From Candidatus Calditenuaceae archaeon (lineage in GTDB: Archaea; Thermoproteota; Nitrososphaeria_A; Caldarchaeales; Calditenuaceae): a stretch of 32,000 bases of DNA. Below are positions 23,133 to 31,213 of the stretch, piece after piece. A program made the position numbers and the translations under genes. The stretch lies in assembly GCA_025058225.1 (NCBI GenBank), contig JANXEE010000009.1, positions 19,518-51,517 on the forward strand, written 5' to 3'. The notes under the pieces are model-generated. The model ran no database searches. It was not told where the DNA came from and saw only the letters and a program-made list of their open reading frames with translations. Position 1 is the stretch's first letter, and every line of letters begins with the position of its first letter.

Positions 23133-24273
23133 ACGCGCCTTCCACTATACGATCCACGTCTACAGCCTCGGTCTTGACTTTGAGCTCTTCGAGCGACCTC
23201 AACAGGGCCCTCACCGTCCTTCCGACCCTCTCAGGCGTAACGAGGCCCATGTTACCGATCCTGATGATGAGGCCTCTGGTCTTGCCCATACCGCCGGCGA
23301 TGAGAACGCCGTACTTCTCCTTCATCAACTTCGTGAGTTGAGTGTCCTGAACGCCGCTTGGAAGCCTGGCCGCGATCAGAGTCCTCGACCTGAACTGATA
23401 CCTCGGGAAAACGCTCAACCCCATTCTCTCCAAGGCCTCGTAGAAGGCCGTGCTACCCTGCCTGTGTGCGGCGTACCACCTCTCCAGACCCATCTCGAGC
23501 ATGTAGTCGAGTGAGGCGTCGAGACCGTAGAACAACGTGATGGCCGGGGTGAACGGTGTCTCGAACCTCTTCATGAACTCCTCATGCGTCACGAGATCGA
23601 AGTAGTGGGGCCTCTTGGGGTTCCTGCGTATCCTCTCCCGGGCCTCCTCGGAGACGTAGACGATCGCCAGCCCCGGAGGTGCAGCAAGGCACTTCTGAGT
23701 TCCGCCGACGAACGCGGTCACGCCCCAACTGCTGAGCTCCAAAGGATAACCGCCGATTGAGGTGACTCCGTCAACGATGAGAGCTATCCCCTGCCTCCTG
23801 CAGTAATCCGCGATCTCCTGAACGTATGGGTTGAAGGCACCTGTTGAGGTCTCGTTGTGAACGATCAGCGCGACGTCCACCTTCCCCCTCGACTCGACCT
23901 CCCTCCTGAACTCCTCGACCGTCACAGCGGTCCCGAGCTCGTTCTCGACGCGAGTCACGTGGTCCGAGTAGTACTCCGCAGCGACCGTCATCCTCTCCGC
24001 GAAGAGGCCGTTCACGAACGCAAGCACTCTATCGTCTTTATTGATGAGGTTCGATACAGCACACTCGATTCCACCTGTTGAGGAGCACGTGATGACGTAG
24101 ACGTCACCGGACGAGGCCCCTAGCACCTTCCGGACCTTCTCCAGCACACTTTCATGTAACTTCCTGAACTCGTCCGCCCTGTGGTTGATCATTCGGCGGC
24201 TCATGGCCTGGAGGACCTGCTTAGGCACATCCGTCGGTCCTGGAAGCATTAGTATGAAGTCTTCATTCTCCAT
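23122..24273 (-). CDS. class V pyridoxal-phosphate aminotransferase (serine-pyruvate / alanine-glyoxylate / phosphoserine aminotransferase family)
   Basis: The N-terminus LMLPGPTDVPKQVLQAMSRRMINHRADEF and the PLP-lysine context GGTQKCLAAPPGLAIV are typical of the AGXT/SgaA/MJ0959 family. Confidence 0.85.
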   Translation of the reverse strand: MENEDFILMLPGPTDVPKQVLQAMSRRMINHRADEFRKLHESVLEKVRKVLGASSGDVYVITCSSTGGIECAVSNLINKDDRVLAFVNGLFAERMTVAAEYYSDHVTRVENELGTAVTVEEFRREVESRGKVDVALIVHNETSTGAFNPYVQEIADYCRRQGIALIVDGVTSIGGYPLELSSWGVTAFVGGTQKCLAAPPGLAIVYVSEEARERIRRNPKRPHYFDLVTHEEFMKRFETPFTPAITLFYGLDASLDYMLEMGLERWYAAHRQGSTAFYEALERMGLSVFPRYQFRSRTLIAARLPSGVQDTQLTKLMKEKYGVLIAGGMGKTRGLIIRIGNMGLVTPERVGRTVRALLRSLEELKVKTEAVDVDRIVEGAFSG

Positions 24274-24319
24274 ACTCGGTCACGGTTACGGCTATTAATC
24301 AATCGATCAGCTGGTCAGT

Positions 24320-25198
24320 CTATCTTCGAGCGGTGAGGCCGACCAACCTCGATATCTCAGGAGGATAGGGGACGTTCCTGAGGCCTCGATGGACGACTAC
24401 CCTGACCCGCTCTTCGTAAGGTCGGTCGATGAATTGTCCCGGGCCCAGCGAAACCGTCTCAGCCGACGCCAAACCCCTCAAGACGCGCTCCCTCACAGAC
24501 TCGTCATCGGTAGTCATGACCTCCAGCGGAGTCAACGTGTAGAGTATTCTGTCCTGCACGACGTGCCTTGTGGACTTCGGAGGGAACGTCTCACCCCTTG
24601 AGACCCACTCGACCACCTCCTCCTTACTGAGGGCGGGGACAGCGTACCCAAGCTTCACGTCACCCGAGCTGAGACCTGAGATAACGTTGGTCTCTGTGTC
24701 GTACCTAATCCCGAACCGTCTCAAAGCCTCGTCGACCCGTGCGACCTCCCGGAAGGGGAAGGGCCCCTCGGACAGCATGAGATATGCAACATCAGAGCCA
24801 TGGCTCATCAACAAAACTGCACCCTTCCTCTTCTTCAGGGCCTCGAGACCCGCGTCTACGCCGACGCGCTCGAAGACCGCACACAGCGACCCACTCAACA
24901 CCTTGAGCAACTCGCCGATGTCGTGGTGCTCACTTACCACCCTGTACCACGTCTTCAGTTCCACTTCCTCAGAGAAGTAATCCACTGTGTAGGCGAGCAC
25001 CTTCCTCGCACAGAGCCTGCGGAGGGCCTCGAACCTGTGGGAACCGTCCAAGATCAAACCGTGTGACAGTTCAACCACGATGGGATGGAGGAGCGTCCCG
25101 GTCGAGAGCAGATCGCTCTTTATCGATCCCACGAGCTCCTCGATGATCTCCTCATGGGGCTTCAATCGTTCGATACCCACGAAGGCGAGTTGCCCCAT
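24320..25198 (-). CDS. ParB/sulfiredoxin-fold domain protein (possibly free-serine kinase SerK-like)
   Basis: The N-terminal IERLKPHEEII...LHPIVV...LILDGSHRFEAL matches the ParB/Srx-like nuclease-domain motifs (PHE ... DGxHR). The C-terminal ~190 aa were not recognised. The functional suggestion is an inference; see findings. Confidence 0.55.
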   Translation of the reverse strand: MGQLAFVGIERLKPHEEIIEELVGSIKSDLLSTGTLLHPIVVELSHGLILDGSHRFEALRRLCARKVLAYTVDYFSEEVELKTWYRVVSEHHDIGELLKVLSGSLCAVFERVGVDAGLEALKKRKGAVLLMSHGSDVAYLMLSEGPFPFREVARVDEALRRFGIRYDTETNVISGLSSGDVKLGYAVPALSKEEVVEWVSRGETFPPKSTRHVVQDRILYTLTPLEVMTTDDESVRERVLRGLASAETVSLGPGQFIDRPYEERVRVVVHRGLRNVPYPPEISRLVGLTARR

Positions 25199-25227
25199 GT
25201 CGCCACATCATATTATGCGCTATTGCA

Positions 25228-25238
25228 CTATAAAAAAT
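25228..25238 (-). promoter_or_regulatory. TATA-like box for the ParB-fold gene; its T-run may also terminate sufB
   Basis: The reverse strand reads attttttatag, 30-40 nt upstream of ATG 25198 and about 55 nt downstream of the sufB stop. Confidence 0.4.
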
Positions 25239-25292
25239 GGAGAAGGGCGGAGGCCCAGACCAGGATCGTGAAACGGGAGAGAGTGACGCCCT

Positions 25293-26690
25293 TTAACCGA
25301 CGCTGCCGCTCATCTCGAGCTCGATCAACCTGTTGAACTCGATGGCGTACTCCATCGGCAAGGTCTTCGTGAACCCCTCGAAGAACCCGAGGACTATCAT
25401 GTTGAGGGCCTCCTGCTCCGGAATGCCTCTGCTCATAAGGTAGAAGAGCTGGTCCTCACCGATCTTCCCGACCGTCGCCTCGTGAGTCACGGTAGCGTCG
25501 TCCTCCTGGATCTCGTTGTAAGGATACGTGTCGGTCCTAGACCTGTCGTCCAGTATGAGGGAATCGCACCTCACGCTCGACTTGACGCGCCTCGCACCCT
25601 TCGCGACGTGCAGCAACCCCCTGTAGCTGACCCTACCGCCGTCCTTGCACACCGACTTGGAGGTGATCCGGCTGGTCGTGTCGGGAGCCAGGTGCACCGC
25701 CTTCGCGCCCGTGTCCTGATGCTGCCCGCGTCCGGCGAACGCGACCGAGAGGATCTCGGCCCGCGCGCCTCTGCCGAGGAGGTAAACGCTCGGGTACTTC
25801 ATGGTGACCCTGCTGCCTATGTTGGCGTCGACCCACTCGACCGTGGCCTCCTCGTAGGCGAAGGACCTCTTCGTGACCAAGTTGTAGACGTCTGTGCTCC
25901 AGTTCTGGAGGGTCGTGTACCTCACGTGGGCGCCCTTCATCGCGATCACCTCGACCACCGCCGCGTGAAGGCTCTCGGTGCTGTAGATAGGCGCGGTGCA
26001 CCCCTCGATGTAGTGGACCTTGCTGTAGGGCTCCGCGATGATCAGGGTCCTCTCGAACTGGCCCATGTTGGAGGCGTTGATCCTGAAGTAGGCCTGCAGC
26101 GGGAACTCCACATGCACTCCCTCGGGGACGTAGACGAATGACCCCCCGCTCCACACGGCCGTGTTCAGAGCCGCGAACTTGTTGTCGTCGGCAGGGATCA
26201 CCGTACCGAAGTACCTCCTCACGATCTCCGGGTACTCCCTGACGGCCGTGTCCATATCGCAGAAGACAACGCCGAGCTTCTCCAGCTCCTTCCTGACGTT
26301 GTGGTAGACAACCTCCGAGTCGTACTGCGCCCCGACTCCTGCGAGGAACTTCCTCTCCGCCTCCGGTATGCCGAGCCTCTCGAAGGTCCTCTTGATGTAC
26401 TCGGGGACCTCATCCCAGCTCTGATACTTGCCCTCAGTCGGCCTGACGTAGTACCTCATCTTCTGGAAGTCAAGGGAGTCGAGGTTCCCTCCCCACCTCG
26501 GCATCGGCTTCTCGAGGAACGTCCTGTAGGCTTGAAGCCTTCTCCTCCTCATCCACTCCGGTTCGCCCTTGATCCTCGAGATCTCGTCGACGACCTCCTC
26601 CGATAGACCGGGCTTCGTCGTGTAAACCGGCTGCACCTCGTCCCTGAAGTCGTACTTTTTGTAGTCGAACCCTATCTCCTGAGCGACCAT
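25293..26690 (-). CDS. sufB: Fe-S cluster assembly scaffold protein SufB
   Basis: 465 aa. GLSEEVVDEISRIKGEPEWMRRRRLQAYRTFLEKPMPRWGG and the C-terminal FYLMSRGIPEQEALNMIVLGF are typical SufB blocks. Confidence 0.9.
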   Translation of the reverse strand: MVAQEIGFDYKKYDFRDEVQPVYTTKPGLSEEVVDEISRIKGEPEWMRRRRLQAYRTFLEKPMPRWGGNLDSLDFQKMRYYVRPTEGKYQSWDEVPEYIKRTFERLGIPEAERKFLAGVGAQYDSEVVYHNVRKELEKLGVVFCDMDTAVREYPEIVRRYFGTVIPADDNKFAALNTAVWSGGSFVYVPEGVHVEFPLQAYFRINASNMGQFERTLIIAEPYSKVHYIEGCTAPIYSTESLHAAVVEVIAMKGAHVRYTTLQNWSTDVYNLVTKRSFAYEEATVEWVDANIGSRVTMKYPSVYLLGRGARAEILSVAFAGRGQHQDTGAKAVHLAPDTTSRITSKSVCKDGGRVSYRGLLHVAKGARRVKSSVRCDSLILDDRSRTDTYPYNEIQEDDATVTHEATVGKIGEDQLFYLMSRGIPEQEALNMIVLGFFEGFTKTLPMEYAIEFNRLIELEMSGSVG

Positions 26691-26711
26691 CCTCTATAAC
26701 GCCGTTATGCC

Positions 26712-26722
26712 ATTATTTAATT
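26712..26722 (-). promoter_or_regulatory. TATA-like box for sufB
   Basis: attatttaatt lies 22-32 nt upstream of the minus-strand ATG at 26690. Confidence 0.4.
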
Positions 26723-26812
26723 GTAGAGCCGCGACACAAACCTCACGACGAAACAGAATAAGTCCAGCCGACCGTGATGAACTTAAGAACAGCGCGAAGA
26801 CCATGAGGTTGG

Positions 26813-27136
26813 ATGAGCACGTACGTCTACGATGAGCTGCTCCTGCCGAAGGAGGCCCTCGACAGGGTAGCGAAGACCGGTAAGGTGGCGAGAATCAATT
26901 ACATCAAGAAGTACGGTGAGGAGCCACCGGGTTGGGTCGTCGGTTACGGCAGGCTTGAGGGAAGGAGGTTCTACCTGGAGGGCGAGTTGGTCGCCAAACA
27001 TCTCATCATCAACGCAAAGAGCTACGGCATGATCGCGTTCCAGGGCATGCCCAGCGGCGAAACGGTCGACCGGGGATGGATACTCGTGCCCTACAAGACG
27101 ATAGAGTTCGACGGCGAGCTCTGCGTGATCGAGTGA
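26813..27136 (+). CDS. hypothetical protein (107 aa), family not recognised
   Basis: Clean ORF with local codon usage and no TM segment. Its stop lies 3 nt from the convergent VWA gene stop. Confidence 0.5.
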   Translation: MSTYVYDELLLPKEALDRVAKTGKVARINYIKKYGEEPPGWVVGYGRLEGRRFYLEGELVAKHLIINAKSYGMIAFQGMPSGETVDRGWILVPYKTIEFDGELCVIE

Positions 27137-27139
27137 ACC

Positions 27140-28291
27140 TCAGAAGACGGGCTTGATGGGCGACTTCAGGGGCTTTATAGACTTCCCGAAGAACCTGATG
27201 AAAGAGTTCATGTCCTCGAGGGTGCTGGTTCCCGCGAGGACGTCGATATACGGCAGAGCGGTCAACATGCCCACCGTCATGGGCTTGAAGTTCGGCTTGT
27301 CGGCGTGCGGGTTTAGCCACACGAGCTTCCCTGCCCTCGCCTTCAGTCCCTCGAGGCTCTCCCTGAGGACCTCAGGCTCTCCCGTGTCCCAGCCGTCGCT
27401 GACCACTATCACCACCCAGGATCTGTCGACCAGAGTGCCGTAACGCTCCAGGAAGGTCCTCAGGCAAATGCCGATCCTCGTCCCGCTACCCCACAGGTCT
27501 ATTCTCTCCGATAGCCTCCTCCTTATCTCATCTAAGTTGGTCGTCTCGAGGAGGTCGGTTATCCTCATCAACCTCGTGCTGAACGCGAACACCTCAACAC
27601 GTCTCGAGAGCCTCTTGACGAGGTACATCGCACGTACGATCCACTCGGTGTAGGTGTCCATCGAACCGCTGATGTCGAAGAACGCAACGACCCTCAACCT
27701 CGCGAGTATCCTGCTGGACCTCTTGAGCTCCATCAGCTCCGCGGCAGTCCCAAGGGCCGACTTCATGGTCTTGGGGAAGTCAAGCTCACCCCTCGTAGAC
27801 CTGCGGTACCTCCTCCCCTCCAGCAGCGCGAGCCTCCTCTTCATCCTCCTTATCACCCTCCTCCCGGTTCTCACCCTCAACGGGTCGATGGGCTTAAGGG
27901 CCCTCCTGTGCAGCGTCTCCATAGGGCTGTACATGTAAACGTCGACGGTTTTGTCCTGCTGCTGGCCACGGTTCTGGTCCTGGGCTGCCCTGGCGGCCGA
28001 ATAGCTCTGCGTGCCCCGTTCCCTTCCCTCACCCGTCTGGTCGCCTTCCTCACCACCCTCGCTTTCAGAGGACGCATCCGCCACAGCCCGCTGAAAGACC
28101 TCCTCCAGCAGGTGAAACTTCGACGGGTCCTTGAGCATCGTGACCTTGATCGCGGTCTTTATCTCCGGGAGGCCATAAGAGCTGACGAAGCAGAGTGCCT
28201 GACAGGCGTCCAGCGACTCTGACACACCGACCTTGAGCTGCCTCTCACGCAGGAGATTGGCGACCTCCACAACGAACCTGTACGCGTCCAA
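27140..28291 (-). CDS. von Willebrand factor A domain protein, CoxE-like
   Basis: MIDAS motif VVAFFDISGSMDTY. Has an acidic/Gln-rich low-complexity linker and an Arg-rich segment before the VWA domain, as in CoxE-type proteins. Lies 3 nt downstream of the MoxR ATPase gene. Confidence 0.8.
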   Translation of the reverse strand: MDAYRFVVEVANLLRERQLKVGVSESLDACQALCFVSSYGLPEIKTAIKVTMLKDPSKFHLLEEVFQRAVADASSESEGGEEGDQTGEGRERGTQSYSAARAAQDQNRGQQQDKTVDVYMYSPMETLHRRALKPIDPLRVRTGRRVIRRMKRRLALLEGRRYRRSTRGELDFPKTMKSALGTAAELMELKRSSRILARLRVVAFFDISGSMDTYTEWIVRAMYLVKRLSRRVEVFAFSTRLMRITDLLETTNLDEIRRRLSERIDLWGSGTRIGICLRTFLERYGTLVDRSWVVIVVSDGWDTGEPEVLRESLEGLKARAGKLVWLNPHADKPNFKPMTVGMLTALPYIDVLAGTSTLEDMNSFIRFFGKSIKPLKSPIKPVF

Positions 28292-28294
28292 CCT

Positions 28295-29206
28295 TCAGCC
28301 CATCCTTGAAAGAGTCGATATCAACGAGTCCACGTCAAGCCTCAGTAGGTCGTCCTGCGACTTGATGACGCAGATGAGCGTCGACTTGAGGACCTCCTTG
28401 TTCAACTCTTTGGCACCCACCCTCATCATGGCGTTCGCCCAGTCGAGCGTCTCTGAGATCCCGGGCTTCTTCATTATGTCAGGCCTGGACCTCAACATGT
28501 TGACCACGTTGACGAGCTGCTCAGCTAAACTTTCGTTCAACCCCTTCACCTTGAGCTTCAGTATCCTGAGCTCCTTCTCCCTCGGCGGGTAGGTGACGTA
28601 GTAGTAGAGGCACCTCCGCTTGAGGCCGTCGCCGATTTCCCTGGTCCTGTTGGAGGTTAGTATGACTATCGGTTCGGTCTTAGTCCGCAGCGTGCCGACT
28701 TCGGGTATGGTGACCTGATACTCTGCCAGGAATTCCAGGAGGAACCCCTCGAACTCCTCATCGGCCCTGTCGATTTCGTCGATCAGCAGCACCGGTGGAA
28801 GGGGGCCGTCATACATCACGGCCTTGAGCAGCGGCCTCTTGAGCAGGAAACGCTCGCTGAAGATCTCGCTCTCGATCTCGTGGACGTCCCTTCTGGTCTC
28901 GAGCATCTTGATGTATAGGAGCTGCCTCGGGTAGTCCCACTCGTAAATGGCGTCCGAGGCGTCCAGCCCCTCATAGCACTGAAGCCTTATGAGCGTCGTC
29001 CCCAGGATCTCAGCCATAACCTTGGCGACCTCCGTCTTTCCACACCCCGGCTCACCTTCTATCAGTAGCGGCTTTCGCATCTGGATCGCCAAGTAGAGCG
29101 CCGTCGCGAGTTCCCTGTCGGCGACGTAGAGCCTCTCCTCGAGGGCCTTGATGAGACCCTCGATCGTCAGGTCCTGAAGGTTCACGGGCCTGTTAGGCGT
29201 GGCCAC
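28295..29206 (-). CDS. MoxR-class AAA+ ATPase, CoxD-like
   Basis: GTG start. Walker A EGEPGCGKTEVAK, Walker B VLLIDEIDRADEEFEGFLLEFL, the LIRLQCYEGLD block, and TSNRTREIGDGLKRRC (sensor/Arg finger region). Confidence 0.85.
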   Translation of the reverse strand: MATPNRPVNLQDLTIEGLIKALEERLYVADRELATALYLAIQMRKPLLIEGEPGCGKTEVAKVMAEILGTTLIRLQCYEGLDASDAIYEWDYPRQLLYIKMLETRRDVHEIESEIFSERFLLKRPLLKAVMYDGPLPPVLLIDEIDRADEEFEGFLLEFLAEYQVTIPEVGTLRTKTEPIVILTSNRTREIGDGLKRRCLYYYVTYPPREKELRILKLKVKGLNESLAEQLVNVVNMLRSRPDIMKKPGISETLDWANAMMRVGAKELNKEVLKSTLICVIKSQDDLLRLDVDSLISTLSRMG

Positions 29207-29211
29207 GAGCT

Positions 29212-29227
29212 CACCGAATCACCGAAT
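29212..29227. repeat. tandem direct repeat CACCGAAT x2
   Basis: Read directly, 6-21 nt upstream of the MoxR GTG (29206), in the MoxR / RHH-ORF divergent spacer. Confidence 0.6.
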
Positions 29228-29356
29228 ATCAGATCTACAACTAAAAGATATTGCCAGATACTGACATCAAGGCTAACTTTGGGGCTCGAGTCGGCATCAA
29301 CCCGCATCACCGAGCGCCCTTGAACCGTTAAATCTCAGAATTCTGATCTACAGCAG

Positions 29357-29593
29357 ATGGCGCAGATCAGGGTCAGCGAGGAGACCTACACCGAGATCGT
29401 TCGAGTTAAGGCTCGGCTCGAGGAGCTGACCGGCAGACACCTCACCTTCTGCGACACGCTGAAGTACCTCTGCGAGATGTTCCACGACAACCATCGTGAC
29501 GGCAGGCCTCTGAGAGCCCTCGATCAGCTCACCATTCACCATCGCGGGAATAGGGATAGCTCCAGAGCGCCACCGAGAGCACAACTGCCTTAA
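29357..29593 (+). CDS. small hypothetical protein, N-terminus ribbon-helix-helix-like
   Basis: MAQIRVSEETYTEIVRVKARLEELTGRHLTFCDTLKYLCEMF has a strand-helix-helix pattern and the GC3-rich codon usage of its neighbours. The last 65 nt overlap the 3' end of the convergent protoglobin gene, so the true C-terminus and even the gene's reality are uncertain. Confidence 0.45.
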   Translation: MAQIRVSEETYTEIVRVKARLEELTGRHLTFCDTLKYLCEMFHDNHRDGRPLRALDQLTIHHRGNRDSSRAPPRAQLP

Positions 29594-30122
29594 ACCACGC
29601 GTTGAACATCCTCTCGACCTCGTCGGAGCCGTGCCCTTTCTTCGCGAGGAACGGCTTGATGGTCGCGCTGATGGGGTAGATGAAGGCAATCATGTACCTG
29701 AGCGGTATGTGGGGGACGCTGTTAACACGGTCGGTGACGTTCTTCTTCGACCTGTGGTGCCTCCTCCCGATCTCCAACTGGTAATCGAGCCAGGCTCCGT
29801 CGAACCCCCTCTCGCAGAGGTCGAGTATCCACTGCCCGAACCTCCTCCTGACGGCCTGAAGGTACTCCGGTATCGGCTTTCCCGTCTCTCTGTCGGTGAA
29901 GTAGTGAAGCAGGTGTGGGTTAGACCCGACCCATCCGTACCAGAGATCGAGCACGTCCTCGACCTGGCCCTTCAGGACCTCCCCTGCCATCTTCAGGTAC
30001 TTCACGTCGTTGTCGTCGATCATTATCGATTTCTTCAGCAGCTCGAATTCCTCCCGCGTAACAGGGAAACTCTCCAGCCTCGGCGACCCCAGCTCGTACC
30101 CCGGAATGCGCGGTGCGGTCAC
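29529..30122 (-). CDS. protoglobin (single-domain archaeal globin)
   Basis: 197 aa, collinear with Methanosarcina/Aeropyrum protoglobins as I recall them: IPGYELG..., DLWYGWVGSNPHLLHYF, WLDYQLEIGRRHHRSKKNVTD, YMIAFIYPISATIKPFLAKKGH, AWFKAVVLSVALWSYPY. Confidence 0.9.
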   Translation of the reverse strand: MTAPRIPGYELGSPRLESFPVTREEFELLKKSIMIDDNDVKYLKMAGEVLKGQVEDVLDLWYGWVGSNPHLLHYFTDRETGKPIPEYLQAVRRRFGQWILDLCERGFDGAWLDYQLEIGRRHHRSKKNVTDRVNSVPHIPLRYMIAFIYPISATIKPFLAKKGHGSDEVERMFNAWFKAVVLSVALWSYPYSRDGEW

Positions 30123-30190
30123 ATCGAGTCACTCATGCTGGGGAGTTTAAGCGTGCGTCAACGACGTCGACGGAGTTAACACTCAGGATG

Positions 30191-31189
30191 TCATTTGGTG
30201 TCCCTCTGGACCTCGCTGACGTCAGGGAGGACGCTGTCGGGTTCGTGGATGACGAACCCCTGTGCGATTCTCCTGATCTTCGGTAGCAACCTGAAGAGCT
30301 CCCCCCTTTCGAGGACTGTGTTGACCCCGTACCAACCAGAGGAAGACAGCCTGCTCACCGTCGGTGCCTTCAGGGCCGGCAGCACCTTCAGAAGCTCCTC
30401 CAAGTTCTCTTCACGCACGTTGAGGAAGAGGTGGACCCTCTTTCGCGACTCGATGACCCCCCTGAACATCGTCAATATGTCGAGGATCTTCTCCTTCTTC
30501 CACGGATCGCTCAGCGCGTCCTTGTTGGCTATCAGCGTGGCCGTGCTCACCATAATCTGCTCCAGCACCCTCAGGTTGTTCTGTTCCAGCGTCCTGCCGG
30601 TCTCCGTGTTGTCCACTATCGCGTCCGCCTCTTCAGGAGGTTTGGCCTCCGTCGCACCGAAGGACAGGTAGATCCCGACCCGCTCGTTCTCACCGGTCCT
30701 GAACCAAGGCGTCACGATGGTCGGCATGGAGTTCCCGAACTGGCTCCTGTAGTACTCGTTGTTGGCGATGTAGTTCGACGTGAGCTTCAGGTACTCGGTC
30801 GATATCCTCAGCGATCTGCCGGACCTGAGCCTCCTCTCCAGGAACTCTCTGAGGTCCTTCGAGTCGTCCCAAGAGGGGACCGCGAAGACAAGCCTGACCT
30901 TTCCGTACTCGAGGTCCTGAAGGACCTCCACGTCTGCCCCCGTCTCTAAGACCCAGTCGGAGCCCGTTATGCCGATGTCGTGCAGGCCGTCCTGGACGTA
31001 AACTGGTATCTCCTGCGGCCTCAGGATCTTCAGCTGAATCTCCTCATCGCTTATCGAGGGCCTGTAGGACCTGTCGGCTCCCCGGACGTCGTAGTAGGCC
31101 GACTGGAGCAGCTTAAGCGTCTCCTGCTCGAGCGAACCCTTCGGTATCGCGAACCTCAGCTTCCTGGACTGCATTCTCCCCCTCAGCAC
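30191..31189 (-). CDS. hisG: ATP phosphoribosyltransferase
   Basis: LRFAIPKGSLEQETLKLL and LRPQEIPVYVQDGLHDIGITGSDWVLE are HisG signatures. The track start is GTG 31189; the ATG at 31174 (MQSRKLRFAIPKG) is an alternative. Confidence 0.85.
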   Translation of the reverse strand: MLRGRMQSRKLRFAIPKGSLEQETLKLLQSAYYDVRGADRSYRPSISDEEIQLKILRPQEIPVYVQDGLHDIGITGSDWVLETGADVEVLQDLEYGKVRLVFAVPSWDDSKDLREFLERRLRSGRSLRISTEYLKLTSNYIANNEYYRSQFGNSMPTIVTPWFRTGENERVGIYLSFGATEAKPPEEADAIVDNTETGRTLEQNNLRVLEQIMVSTATLIANKDALSDPWKKEKILDILTMFRGVIESRKRVHLFLNVREENLEELLKVLPALKAPTVSRLSSSGWYGVNTVLERGELFRLLPKIRRIAQGFVIHEPDSVLPDVSEVQRDTK

Positions 31190-31213
31190 CCAACCTCCTA
31201 TATCTGCTTCAAC

